Positions 50,615 to 59,588 of a stretch of 64,000 bases of DNA are shown here, in pieces (position 1 is the first letter of the stretch; each line of letters starts with the position of its first letter). The notes beneath the pieces were generated by a model that was given only the letters and a program-made list of their open reading frames with translations, was not told the origin of the DNA and ran no database searches. The stretch spans positions 384,001-448,000 of the forward strand of contig CAWDDT010000009.1 in NCBI GenBank assembly GCA_963801165.1. The letters are read 5' to 3'. The DNA is from an uncultured bacterium (GTDB lineage Bacteria > Actinomycetota > Acidimicrobiia > Spongiisociales > UBA5794). Made by a program: the position numbers and the translations under genes.

Positions 50615-50958
50615 CCTCACTTCAAAACTCAGGAGTCTCCACTATTCCCAGGGCGATTCAATGTCCATCATGAACCGAAACAGGACATCCACAGGGTCCA
50701 GCACCGCCGCGACGTCTACCGACCACGGTGATCAACCTCCCGTCAACGTGACCGATCGCCCGGATACAGTGGGTAGTCGCCCTGCCGAGCAGCGAAGTGC
50801 CGATCTCGGACACCCGGCGACGTGCTCATTATCGGGCGAGAATTGTTGATCTAGGACGGGACCGAGGGTGTTCCATGCGAAGGTCCGGTCCTGTGTTTCT
50901 TCGGAGGTAATGCCTTCGGCGGTGTTGAATGAACTGTGGATGGGGTTCGGGCAAGTAG

Positions 50959-51564
50959 GTGGTAGTGGATCCACTAGATCTTTCAGATTCGGAGATCGTC
51001 GAGGTTGCGCTGTCGGAACCGGGGCGCTTTGGCGACCTGTTCGATCGGCACATGTCGACCGTGTTCGAATATCTCGCACGTCGGGTCGGTTCCGATAGCG
51101 CAGAGGAGTTGACGGCTGACGTCTTTGTCGTGGCGTTCCGTCGCCTGGACAGCTTTGACTTGACCCGATCGTCGGCGCTGCCGTGGCTTTACGGGATTGC
51201 GCACAATATGCTGCGAAGACACCGGCGCTCAGAATATCGGCGACTGCGTGCGATTGGCCGACTACCGGGTCAGCTCCGTCTCGTGATTGATGATGACCCC
51301 GCGTTGACCGCGGTAGCGGCAGCGGACTTGTTGGAGCGGGTAACCGCCGCGTTGTCCGAACTCCCGGTTCGGGACCGTGAACCGCTCCTGCTTCATGTGT
51401 GGGAATCCATGTCATACGAGGAGATCGCACAGGCCTTGGGAATCCCAGTCGGTACGGTCCGGTCCCGGATCAACCGGTCACGGCGTCGGCTTCGTGAACT
51501 CGTCGGTCTCAGAGGGCAAGAACCAGACACAGAACCAACCTCGGAAAGGAGTAGCCATGGATGA
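50959..51564 (+). CDS. ECF RNA polymerase sigma factor
   Basis: FGDLFDRH, AEELTADVF, PWLYGIA, MSYEEIAQALGIPVGTVRSRINR. Confidence 0.93.
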   Translation: MVVDPLDLSDSEIVEVALSEPGRFGDLFDRHMSTVFEYLARRVGSDSAEELTADVFVVAFRRLDSFDLTRSSALPWLYGIAHNMLRRHRRSEYRRLRAIGRLPGQLRLVIDDDPALTAVAAADLLERVTAALSELPVRDREPLLLHVWESMSYEEIAQALGIPVGTVRSRINRSRRRLRELVGLRGQEPDTEPTSERSSHG

Positions 51565-52582
51565 CCTCGACGTGGTGCGAATGGTTCGCCCCGAGGTAGA
51601 CCAACCCAGCAACGATATGGCGGCTGCGATACGGCGAGATGTCCTCGAACGAGTCACCAGCCCCACCCGAGAGATTCAACGACGAAGGAGCGCCGGGGCT
51701 GGTTGGCCTCGCTGGGCTGTGTCGGTGCCGCTGCTCGCTGGACTCGTGGCAGTTGTTGTTGCTGTTGGTTTGGTCGTTCCGGTAAATACCCCGTCTGCGG
51801 CAGCTGAAATGTTGCTCGCCACTGCGGACCGTGCCGAGAACCCGGCGACCGCGGCAACGACAACGATCCCTGTTGACGGAGCCCCTACCGACATGGCAGG
51901 CATCCGCTACATGCGTTGGGAAAACGCCTCATTGGTCATGGTCGGCGCCGGGGATGGTGCTGTCTACGCGGCGCAGGTTCAGCTCACCCGAGACATGTGG
52001 GTAGCCCCCGACGGGTCAGGCCGAATCGCCGAAACACTCGAAAGCATCGACTACCTCAGCGAACAAGACCGGATCAGCTTCGAAGCCATGGGGGACGACA
52101 GCTTCGAACCGATCAACCAGGACTTCGGGCCGGGCGGACTGTCCTATGTCGACTACTCGACGCTGCCAACAGACCCAGACAAGCTCGAAGCGGTACTCGC
52201 TGAAATCCCCCACGGTGACTGGCCCGACAACGTAGGGTTGCTCTGGTCAATCCAGGATCTCCTCCGCGACGGTGGAACCCCACCCGCCCTCCGAGCCGGC
52301 CTATACCGAGTAGCGGCAGGCATCGACGGGATCGAACTCATCGGCGACGTCACCGACCGAGCCGGACGACCCGGCGTCGGTGTGTCCCTCACCTACCCCG
52401 GAAACGGGCTCGAATACCGCGACACAATGATCTTCGACCCCGATACCACCGCACTACTCGGAGAAGAAACCCAGATCCTCACCGCATCACCAGAACTCCG
52501 GACTGAACCACCAATCACAATGTCCTGGTTCGTCTATCTCGACAGCGAAGTCGTCGACGATATACCTGAACAGTCGTCGTGA
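51557..52582 (+). CDS. CU044_5270-like anti-sigma membrane protein
   Basis: MDDLD.VR..RP, TM, PSAAAEML, LPTDPDKL, TDRAGRPGVGV, IFDPDT..LLGE. Confidence 0.85.
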   Translation: MDDLDVVRMVRPEVDQPSNDMAAAIRRDVLERVTSPTREIQRRRSAGAGWPRWAVSVPLLAGLVAVVVAVGLVVPVNTPSAAAEMLLATADRAENPATAATTTIPVDGAPTDMAGIRYMRWENASLVMVGAGDGAVYAAQVQLTRDMWVAPDGSGRIAETLESIDYLSEQDRISFEAMGDDSFEPINQDFGPGGLSYVDYSTLPTDPDKLEAVLAEIPHGDWPDNVGLLWSIQDLLRDGGTPPALRAGLYRVAAGIDGIELIGDVTDRAGRPGVGVSLTYPGNGLEYRDTMIFDPDTTALLGEETQILTASPELRTEPPITMSWFVYLDSEVVDDIPEQSS

Positions 52583-52624
52583 GCGCCGCACCGATCAAGC
52601 AGTGACGGGGCTGGGGAGAGCGCA

Positions 52625-53617
52625 ATGTCAACCACCCCGGCCATACCATGGCGGCGAAGCCGTCGAAGGCTCCTTCTGTGCGGTCTCGCTGCTGTCGTCA
52701 CACTGAACTCGGCATGCGGGAACCCAGCTGAAGATCAGGTCGTCGATGATTCACGCTCACCGATTGAGGTCGCCCTCAACGCGACCGCAAACGGCGACAA
52801 CAAAGCAGCTTCGATTCGAACCGAGATGATGCAACGGGCGGACCTGATCGCAGAATGTATGCGACGAGAAGGCTTTGAATACATGCCATGGGTCCCTCCC
52901 GACGCCGGCGCAAGCGACGCTGGCGGGGGTTTGCCGACGGGCGAATACATCGACCTGTACGGCTATGGGATCTCCACCGATCCCGACACCTATCGCCAAA
53001 CCATCTTGGCGCAACAAGACCCCAATATGGTCATCGCCCAGGCACTCTCACACGAGGCCTTAGCCGAGTACGAACGCGCCCTTACCGGCATCGATCCCGC
53101 CGCCATCGGCGACGAACCGACAGTCATCGAGGACGGGGGTTGCATGAAAGAGGCCTCGGACGCGTTGATACCGAACGACGCTATCCCAACAGAACTGATC
53201 GACGAGTACTACACGCTCAAGAACCAGCTCGAAACCCAAATCGTCGAAGACCCGAGAATGCGGCAAGCGCTCGCCAACTGGCGGGAATGCATGGCCGACC
53301 ACAACTACAGCTTCCAAGATCCCGGCGAGACACGCGACAGCGTCTACGCCAAATGGGCGGAACTCGTCCCCGATCCCGCACCAGAGATCGCCACCCCCCA
53401 AGACGCCAGCAACCTCGAACGGACAGAACTCGCCAAGTTCGTTGACCCCGACCTGTTGGACCAACTCATAGCCTACGAACTCGACCTTGCCCGCATCGAC
53501 TACGAATGTCAGACGGAATACCGTCAAGTCGAAACCGACGTACGACTAGAACTAGAAACCAGATTCATCGAAAACAACGCCGACCTCATCCAACGGATTA
53601 GCCACGCCATCAGGTAG
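52625..53617 (+). CDS. Cys-patterned lipoprotein
   Basis: Lipobox NSAC; IAECMRREGFEY, YGYG, GGC, WRECM, DYEC. Confidence 0.85.
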   Translation: MSTTPAIPWRRSRRRLLLCGLAAVVTLNSACGNPAEDQVVDDSRSPIEVALNATANGDNKAASIRTEMMQRADLIAECMRREGFEYMPWVPPDAGASDAGGGLPTGEYIDLYGYGISTDPDTYRQTILAQQDPNMVIAQALSHEALAEYERALTGIDPAAIGDEPTVIEDGGCMKEASDALIPNDAIPTELIDEYYTLKNQLETQIVEDPRMRQALANWRECMADHNYSFQDPGETRDSVYAKWAELVPDPAPEIATPQDASNLERTELAKFVDPDLLDQLIAYELDLARIDYECQTEYRQVETDVRLELETRFIENNADLIQRISHAIR

Positions 53618-53705
53618 CAAAACCCACCGCCGCGCGCCTGTGAGCGAGAGACAGTCGGCAGCTCAGAGGCCAAGAAACCACAGCCGGCAACGGAGCAGCC
53701 AGCAT

Positions 53706-54572
53706 TCACGAGTCGCTGCCGGCGTAGGTTGTGAGGAGTTCGCGTTGGACCGTTGCCAGTATTTCGTTTCGTTTCTGGTTGCATGGGAGTGTTGCCAGCG
53801 CCGCCTCGATCTCTTTCGCCTCGAATGCTGCCACTGCCGGGGAGTCCAAAACGGTCTGGCCAGACCCGACGACTGCGGCTTCGGGTCCGACGATGGCTAG
53901 GAACTCCTGGTGAAACTCCGCGGTGAGCTCCAGGAGGTTTGCTGCGTCGGTATCGAATCCTGTTGCACGAACGCAGGCGACCCATTCCTGTTCAGCGTCC
54001 ACCATCCGAGGGTCAGCCAAGACCTCGTTGTAGAAATCGGAATCAACGGCTGCGACCAGGCTGGCGATACCGAGAGACTCCCGGGCGTCGCGTTCGGCTG
54101 TCCCCCAACAGCCGTCATCAGGCACCTCGGGGTCGCCGTCGATGGCCTCGCCGTAGGCTTGCCGCGCGGCAGGGTCGAGTGCCATTAGGTAATCATCGTT
54201 TCGGTTCGGCGGGGGCGATTCCGCTAGCTCTCGGTAGCTAGCAACGATGCCGAACCCGTGGCTTCTGGCTTCTTCCTCGTTGTCGAAACTGAACGCGGTG
54301 CCGTACACCGAACCTATGTCGGCACCCGGGTAGTAGTCGAAGCCCTCCGCTTTCATGCACACCACAATGCGGTTTTGTATCTCGTTGAACAGCGTCTCTT
54401 CAAGTTCCATGGCATCCTCACCACCAACCGAGCCGAGGAAGTAGTCCAGGTAGCGTTCCGCATATGTGCCTCGGCCAGATTCGCCACCCAACTCCTCGGG
54501 CGAACCTGAACTGCAAGCCGCAACTAGCACGGGCGTGAGCACCAACACCAAGATGGAGAATCGTTGCCGCAT
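53706..54572 (-). CDS. Cys-patterned lipoprotein (paralogue of 52625)
   Basis: Lipobox VAAC; IVVCMKAEGFDY, HGFG, DGC, WVACV, LPC. Confidence 0.85.
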   Translation of the reverse strand: MRQRFSILVLVLTPVLVAACSSGSPEELGGESGRGTYAERYLDYFLGSVGGEDAMELEETLFNEIQNRIVVCMKAEGFDYYPGADIGSVYGTAFSFDNEEEARSHGFGIVASYRELAESPPPNRNDDYLMALDPAARQAYGEAIDGDPEVPDDGCWGTAERDARESLGIASLVAAVDSDFYNEVLADPRMVDAEQEWVACVRATGFDTDAANLLELTAEFHQEFLAIVGPEAAVVGSGQTVLDSPAVAAFEAKEIEAALATLPCNQKRNEILATVQRELLTTYAGSDS

Positions 54573-54610
54573 ACCCGACCACCCTTTCACGTAGCCTGAC
54601 CGACTTGTTG

Positions 54611-55438
54611 CTACCTGTCTGATGCGGGAATGGCGTGGTCGGGGGTCGCAACTTCAATGACGTTCCCGTCAGTGTCGATTGCAGCCAGGCTTGCCCCGTC
54701 CAGCGTCCTGCCGTCAGTCAAATTGAAGAAGACAGTGCCCGCCGTGGGTTGCTGCCAGTAGTTCGATCCGTCGTCGAGCTCCAGTTGAACGGCTGCTGTT
54801 GCTTCGGGCAGTTGAGGCCATACGAGCCAACCGCCGAGTGGCGGATCGGCCATTGTGCCTGCTCGCGGTCCGTCGATGATGTAGCAGTCGCCACCGCTGG
54901 GGATCAGTTTGTGGTCGCCGATGTAGACGCACAATATGCCATCGCTGGTGCTCGGCGGAAGTGGGCCACCGTCGGTGACTTGCAATGCGATCTGGGCACC
55001 GTTGATGTCACCGAGATAGACCATCGTGGCGGCATCAAACACATCTGGGACCGTGAACTCGGACACTGGTAGTCGTTCCAGCGAGACTTCCGTCCCGAGT
55101 GATTCCGTGTCGAACGCCGGCTCAGGTCCTGACAAACCCACATACACAATGACACCATCGGACTCCACCGAAGCGGACTCGACATCAACTGCAAAGCCGC
55201 CCGGCAGTTCCAGCACCGTCACGTCAGCGCCCCTGGCCACAGGCGGATCCACAGGGCGTAGCCAACCAGCAACGCCGACAACCAATGCGGCGACTGCGGC
55301 TACCGTCGCTGCCGCGCTGATCCGGTAGGCGAGGCGACGCCGTCGGCCCCGAACCAAAACAGACTCGATGTTCCCAACCCTATGTGGTGTGTTCTCAATG
55401 ATCGTTTGGACATAGTCTCTGGTCGCATCGTCGATCAT
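54611..55438 (-). CDS. Putative anti-sigma membrane protein
   Basis: ATGA-coupled to ECF sigma; VLVRGRRRR before a single TM; extracytoplasmic domain. Confidence 0.8.
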   Translation of the reverse strand: MIDDATRDYVQTIIENTPHRVGNIESVLVRGRRRRLAYRISAAATVAAVAALVVGVAGWLRPVDPPVARGADVTVLELPGGFAVDVESASVESDGVIVYVGLSGPEPAFDTESLGTEVSLERLPVSEFTVPDVFDAATMVYLGDINGAQIALQVTDGGPLPPSTSDGILCVYIGDHKLIPSGGDCYIIDGPRAGTMADPPLGGWLVWPQLPEATAAVQLELDDGSNYWQQPTAGTVFFNLTDGRTLDGASLAAIDTDGNVIEVATPDHAIPASDR

Positions 55439-55935
55439 GCACCCATCTCCTTCCGTAGTCTGGCTAGACCGCGATGCAGGCGGCTCTTGACCGTGCCTGG
55501 CCGGATCGACAGTGCATCTGCAATCTCGGTCTCGGACCACTCGAAAGCCGATGCCAGGACGACAACGGCGCGCTGCTCGATCGGCAGCAGCGCCAGAGCC
55601 GCTTCGAGACCGGGCTCGACCAGATACTCCTCGTCGTAGGTTCCCGATCCGAGTCGCGGTAACAACACCCGCAAACGCCCACGTCGACGCAGCCTGTCCA
55701 CAGCCCACCGGTAGGCGACCCGGTACACCCAGCCCTCCGGGTTACCCAAACGGCGGACCGTATCCCAACGGGCAAACGCCCGAGACATCGCCTCGTCCAC
55801 CGACTCGGCAGCGAGGTCAGCGTCACCCAACGTCGCCGCCAGCGGGCGATAAACCAACCCCCAGGACACCCGATAGAAGGCCTCAAAGCCATCAGGCCGA
55901 AGCTGCCCGACAGTGTGCTCGAGCGCCGTATCCAT
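55435..55935 (-). CDS. ECF RNA polymerase sigma factor
   Basis: FEAFYR, NPEGWVYRVA, LPIEQRAVVVL, IRPGTVKSRLHRG. Confidence 0.92.
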   Translation of the reverse strand: MDTALEHTVGQLRPDGFEAFYRVSWGLVYRPLAATLGDADLAAESVDEAMSRAFARWDTVRRLGNPEGWVYRVAYRWAVDRLRRRGRLRVLLPRLGSGTYDEEYLVEPGLEAALALLPIEQRAVVVLASAFEWSETEIADALSIRPGTVKSRLHRGLARLRKEMGA

Positions 55936-56232
55936 ATTCGAAGGACGAACGAACCCGTCATCTAGTTCCAAAGAAACACCACGACCGAATCGTACGACAC
56001 TGGACCCGATGTCATCTCGGCCTTCTGGTCGAGGCTGCATCAGGCGATCGCAGAGTCCGCACTGGCAACTCGCACCCCAACGTCTGCGCGCTTCCAGCCG
56101 CAGAGCCGGGTACTTGACGGCCAACACCCCTCACCGCCCATAACACCCACTTCCCTGCACGTTATCGAGCGACCTCGAACCGGCAGTCGGCGCTATCTCC
56201 CATTATCTGGAGACCACGTTGAGTGGTCGTGT

Positions 56233-58908
56233 TCAACGATGAACGGCGAGGCCGATCTCTCGTGCTGGTTCTTGGTCGATGGCTGCGGTCTGAGCCTTGC
56301 TGCGGGCGATCATTGCGGAAGCGATATCAGTTCCGGCGTGTCGTGTCTGGTGGGTGAGGTGGGTGCAATCCTCATCGCCCGCCTCGGGAGAGGCGAGGTA
56401 GAGGGTGTTGGCGTTGCGGCCTCGGCTGAGGGCGACGTAGGCCCACTCCCTTTCTGTGGCTCCGGTGATGACAGTGAAGGTGCGATCGGTCGTGATGCCT
56501 TGGGCTTTGTGGGCGGTGAGGGCATATCCGTACCCGACGTTGCCTTCGGCGAGATACCAGCTTGGTAGTTGCCGGGCTTCGGGGTCACGGTCGAGACGGA
56601 CCGTGACGGTTCCCGCGTCTTGATCGACGACGGTGATTGTGCCGAGGTCGCCGTTGAGGACATCGAGCCCATGTTGGTTTCGGCGGCAGAGGATCCGGTC
56701 GCCGGCTTGGAGCACCATGCCTGGTCCGTCGAGTGTGGGTCCGTGTACCTGCCCGGAGGCGGCGAGGTGTTGTCGTGCTTGTTGGTTGAGTTCGGTGACG
56801 GTGTCGTTGTCGTGGGCAAGTAGCAGCGCCGAACTGACATCACCGGTCGATTGGACGTACCGGTACCAGTCGCTGCTTGATTTGGCGATCGTGTCGGTGC
56901 GGTTGCGTCCGAGGACGAGACGCCGATGCTCAACATAGGCTTGCATTGCTTGTTGTACGGATCCGTTGCGTAGCTCGCCGAGTGCTTGCCGTTCCCAGGC
57001 GGCCTGTTGGCGGACGTTGTCGGTGAGCTGGATGGCTGGTAGCCGGTTGGCGAGGGCACGGAACAGACCACCGGCGTCGATTTCGGGGAGTTGCTTGTCG
57101 TCACCGACCAGGATCAGCTTGCCTTCTGCTTGTTCGACTAGGTCGACGACGGCGGCGAGTTGACGGGTGCCGACCATGCCGGCTTCGTCGACGACCACCA
57201 CCGCACCAGGGGCAAGGCTGGTTCCGTGTTGGGCCTGGTTGAGGAGCCGGGCGAGGGTGGTGGAGGGGACGCCGGTGGTGGCCTGGAGGCCGGAGGCGGT
57301 GCGGGCGGCGAGGGCGGCTCCGATGATGGGTCGTCTGGTGAGTGTTGCGAGTTGGTTGATGACGGCGATGACTGCGGTTTTGCCGCTGCCGGCCGAGCCG
57401 ATACCAATGTCGACGGCGTTGCCGGAGGTTGCGAAGCTGCGCACCATTTGGCGTTGCCCTTCGGTGAGTTCCGGTCGGTGGCGAAGCCAGGTTTCAACGA
57501 GACGCCGGGGTGCCTGCCAGCGACCCTGACCGATACCGGCGTTTGCGTATTCGAGGATCCGCTGTTCGGTGGCCAGCAGTTCGGCGGTGGTGTATTCGGG
57601 CAGGGTCGGTGCGGGGAAGGGTTCGCCTTGTTGGGTTCGCATCGGAGGCACCGTTCTCTCCTCGATGGACACTCCAAGGTTTGGTTCGACATGCGAATCC
57701 GCCTCGGCAGGTCCGGCGGGTTCGAGTACCGGGCTGGACAGGAGCGGCACGATGTCGCTGCCGACAAGGAACGAGTCGGCGAGGGCCTCGATCTCGGCCC
57801 GGGTGCCACCTTCGGGCAGCGCCGCGGCGACCTGTTGGATCACGTCGGGTGCGGCGAATGTCGACTTGTGTGCGGTCAGACCGTCTGGTGACGCCAGGTC
57901 CGCAAACAACGCCTCGACATCCGGTGCCGTGACCTGTCTGCTTCGATCGACAATCCGCCGGATCCTGTCCCGGGTGAGGCCCACCTCTTCGGCTCGTTGC
58001 TGCCAGACGGCTTCCAGCTCGTCGAGGGTGCGGTTGGTTTTGGCGGTGCGGGTGGCGATCACCGCTACCTGCCGCGCCGCCGCTGTGTCTGGGAGGTCGT
58101 TGGCTTCACGCCAGGTATCAAGTTGTCGGCGCCGCTGGGAGAAGGCTTCGATCTGGTTGCGGGTGAACCCGGCAATGTCGGCCATGCCGTGGTGTACCGG
58201 CTGCCACCGCACCCCCAACCTCTGGGTCAGCTCACTGCGTAGAACCGCCTCATGCAGATAGCCGGCGGCGAGCTGATACCGATACAGCAATCTGCCGTCG
58301 ATGGTGCGCCACACCCCATCTACGCCTTTGACCTTGTTGGCAACGACCACATGGGTGTGTAGCTGGGGGTCGTCGGCCCGTGACGTGTACTCGGTGAATG
58401 CGGCGGCGACATACCCCGACGTTGCGATCGGCCACGTCTCTATCTGATACCTCGGCCGCCCGTTCGGGCCACAAACCGGGTTGCCGTTCTTGTCTACGGC
58501 GGGTGTCTTCGCAGCGCCGCGAGTGTCGGATGCCACCGACTCCAGATAGCCCAATGCCTGTGACGTTGCCTCCTCGAACGCCTCGACAACTTCTTTGCGG
58601 GTCAGTTCGTCACCCAACGCCCACAGCAGCGACACCGACTTGTCTGCTGAGAAGGTGACATCCCACGCCGACACCCCATCTTTGCGGAGCCGGCGACCCA
58701 GCTGCTCGCCGGTGCCGGGATGCTCCCCATCGAACAGGCGCACCAGCCCCTCCGCCGACACGGCACCCACCAAACCGAGTTCGGCGGCTCCGGATCCGCA
58801 CCAACGACCGGTAGCCGTACCGCCCTGCAGGTAGTAGTCCTCCCGCGGTGAGATCTCACCCAGCTTCTGCAGGTAATAGTCCTTGGCCGCCTTCGCCAAA
58901 CTCAACAC
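56233..58908 (-). CDS. MobF (TrwC-type) relaxase-helicase
   Basis: N-terminal DYY..DYY, DVTFSADKSVS, DPQLHTHVVVAN; SF1B helicase GSAGSGKT, VVDEAGM, GYALTAHKAQG. Confidence 0.95.
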   Translation of the reverse strand: MLSLAKAAKDYYLQKLGEISPREDYYLQGGTATGRWCGSGAAELGLVGAVSAEGLVRLFDGEHPGTGEQLGRRLRKDGVSAWDVTFSADKSVSLLWALGDELTRKEVVEAFEEATSQALGYLESVASDTRGAAKTPAVDKNGNPVCGPNGRPRYQIETWPIATSGYVAAAFTEYTSRADDPQLHTHVVVANKVKGVDGVWRTIDGRLLYRYQLAAGYLHEAVLRSELTQRLGVRWQPVHHGMADIAGFTRNQIEAFSQRRRQLDTWREANDLPDTAAARQVAVIATRTAKTNRTLDELEAVWQQRAEEVGLTRDRIRRIVDRSRQVTAPDVEALFADLASPDGLTAHKSTFAAPDVIQQVAAALPEGGTRAEIEALADSFLVGSDIVPLLSSPVLEPAGPAEADSHVEPNLGVSIEERTVPPMRTQQGEPFPAPTLPEYTTAELLATEQRILEYANAGIGQGRWQAPRRLVETWLRHRPELTEGQRQMVRSFATSGNAVDIGIGSAGSGKTAVIAVINQLATLTRRPIIGAALAARTASGLQATTGVPSTTLARLLNQAQHGTSLAPGAVVVVDEAGMVGTRQLAAVVDLVEQAEGKLILVGDDKQLPEIDAGGLFRALANRLPAIQLTDNVRQQAAWERQALGELRNGSVQQAMQAYVEHRRLVLGRNRTDTIAKSSSDWYRYVQSTGDVSSALLLAHDNDTVTELNQQARQHLAASGQVHGPTLDGPGMVLQAGDRILCRRNQHGLDVLNGDLGTITVVDQDAGTVTVRLDRDPEARQLPSWYLAEGNVGYGYALTAHKAQGITTDRTFTVITGATEREWAYVALSRGRNANTLYLASPEAGDEDCTHLTHQTRHAGTDIASAMIARSKAQTAAIDQEPAREIGLAVHR

Positions 58909-59089
58909 GAGACACCGTCCCGTGCAACTGGTTGCAGATGCGTGTGTCGAGCATCTCGTCGTGACAGTCGAAGCCGTGAAGGTGTCCTGGCGTCGGGTGA
59001 GGTCGTGCCTGCTCGAGGATTGGCGAGGAGGGATCTTCGGTACTGGTTCGGGTCTGTCGGGGGTCTCATAACTCCGACTAGACACCCTG

Positions 59090-59263
59090 ACCCTCTCATC
59101 AGACTCTCATAGACCCTGTTATTTGGTTGTCATTTACCCTGTTATCCGGTCCCGGGCGGCCCCGACGACGAAAAAGCCCGCCCGTCGAAATCGTCCGCAA
59201 AATCAGCGTTTCCGACGCAATAACAGGTCCAAGTGCAACGAAATGAGACTCTGATGAGAGGGT
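59090..59263. promoter_or_regulatory. 21-bp inverted repeat between relaxase and excisionase (operator / oriT candidate)
   Basis: accctctcatcagactctcat (59090-59110) versus atgagactctgatgagagggt (59243-59263), 1 mismatch. Confidence 0.5.
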
Positions 59264-59282
59264 TGGCGGGCACGATTTCGGC

Positions 59283-59522
59283 ATGGAACAGGTTGAAGAG
59301 CTAATCACGCCGCAACAGCTGAGCACGTACCTGGGTATTCCCGTCGCCACGCTTTACGCCTGGCGTCAGCGAGGGCGAGGGCCGGCAAGTTTCCGGGTGG
59401 GCAAACACCTCCGGTACCGCCGCAGGGACATTGTCCGCTGGGTCGGGCAGCAGCTCGAACTCGAGACCGTCTCCGGGAGTTCGTCAGTGATCGCCCGGCG
59501 CGTTGGCCATGCGGGTGAGTAA
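59283..59522 (+). CDS. Excisionase / AlpA-like HTH protein
   Basis: LITPQQLSTYLGIPVATLYAWR..G.GP..RVGKHLRYRR. Confidence 0.9.
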   Translation: MEQVEELITPQQLSTYLGIPVATLYAWRQRGRGPASFRVGKHLRYRRRDIVRWVGQQLELETVSGSSSVIARRVGHAGE

Positions 59523-59588
59523 GGTCGAACTCCGGCCGTCGCGTGGCAGGACTCATCGACAGCTGTAGAACGAACAGGAGGGATCACG

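Larger units (their letters stand above)
47988..50660 (-). mobile_element. IS3 family (IS51-like) element interrupted by IS110
   Basis: IRs TGAAGCGCCCTGGGTTTGATGGAGAC / TGAATCGCCCTGGGAATAGTGGAGAC. Confidence 0.9.
46420..50687 (-). mobile_element. IS481 family element carrying nested IS3 and IS110
   Basis: Ends tgtcaagttccggtacc / tgaaccgaaacaggaca (TGT..ACA imperfect IR, 12 of 17); no target duplication seen. Confidence 0.7.
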
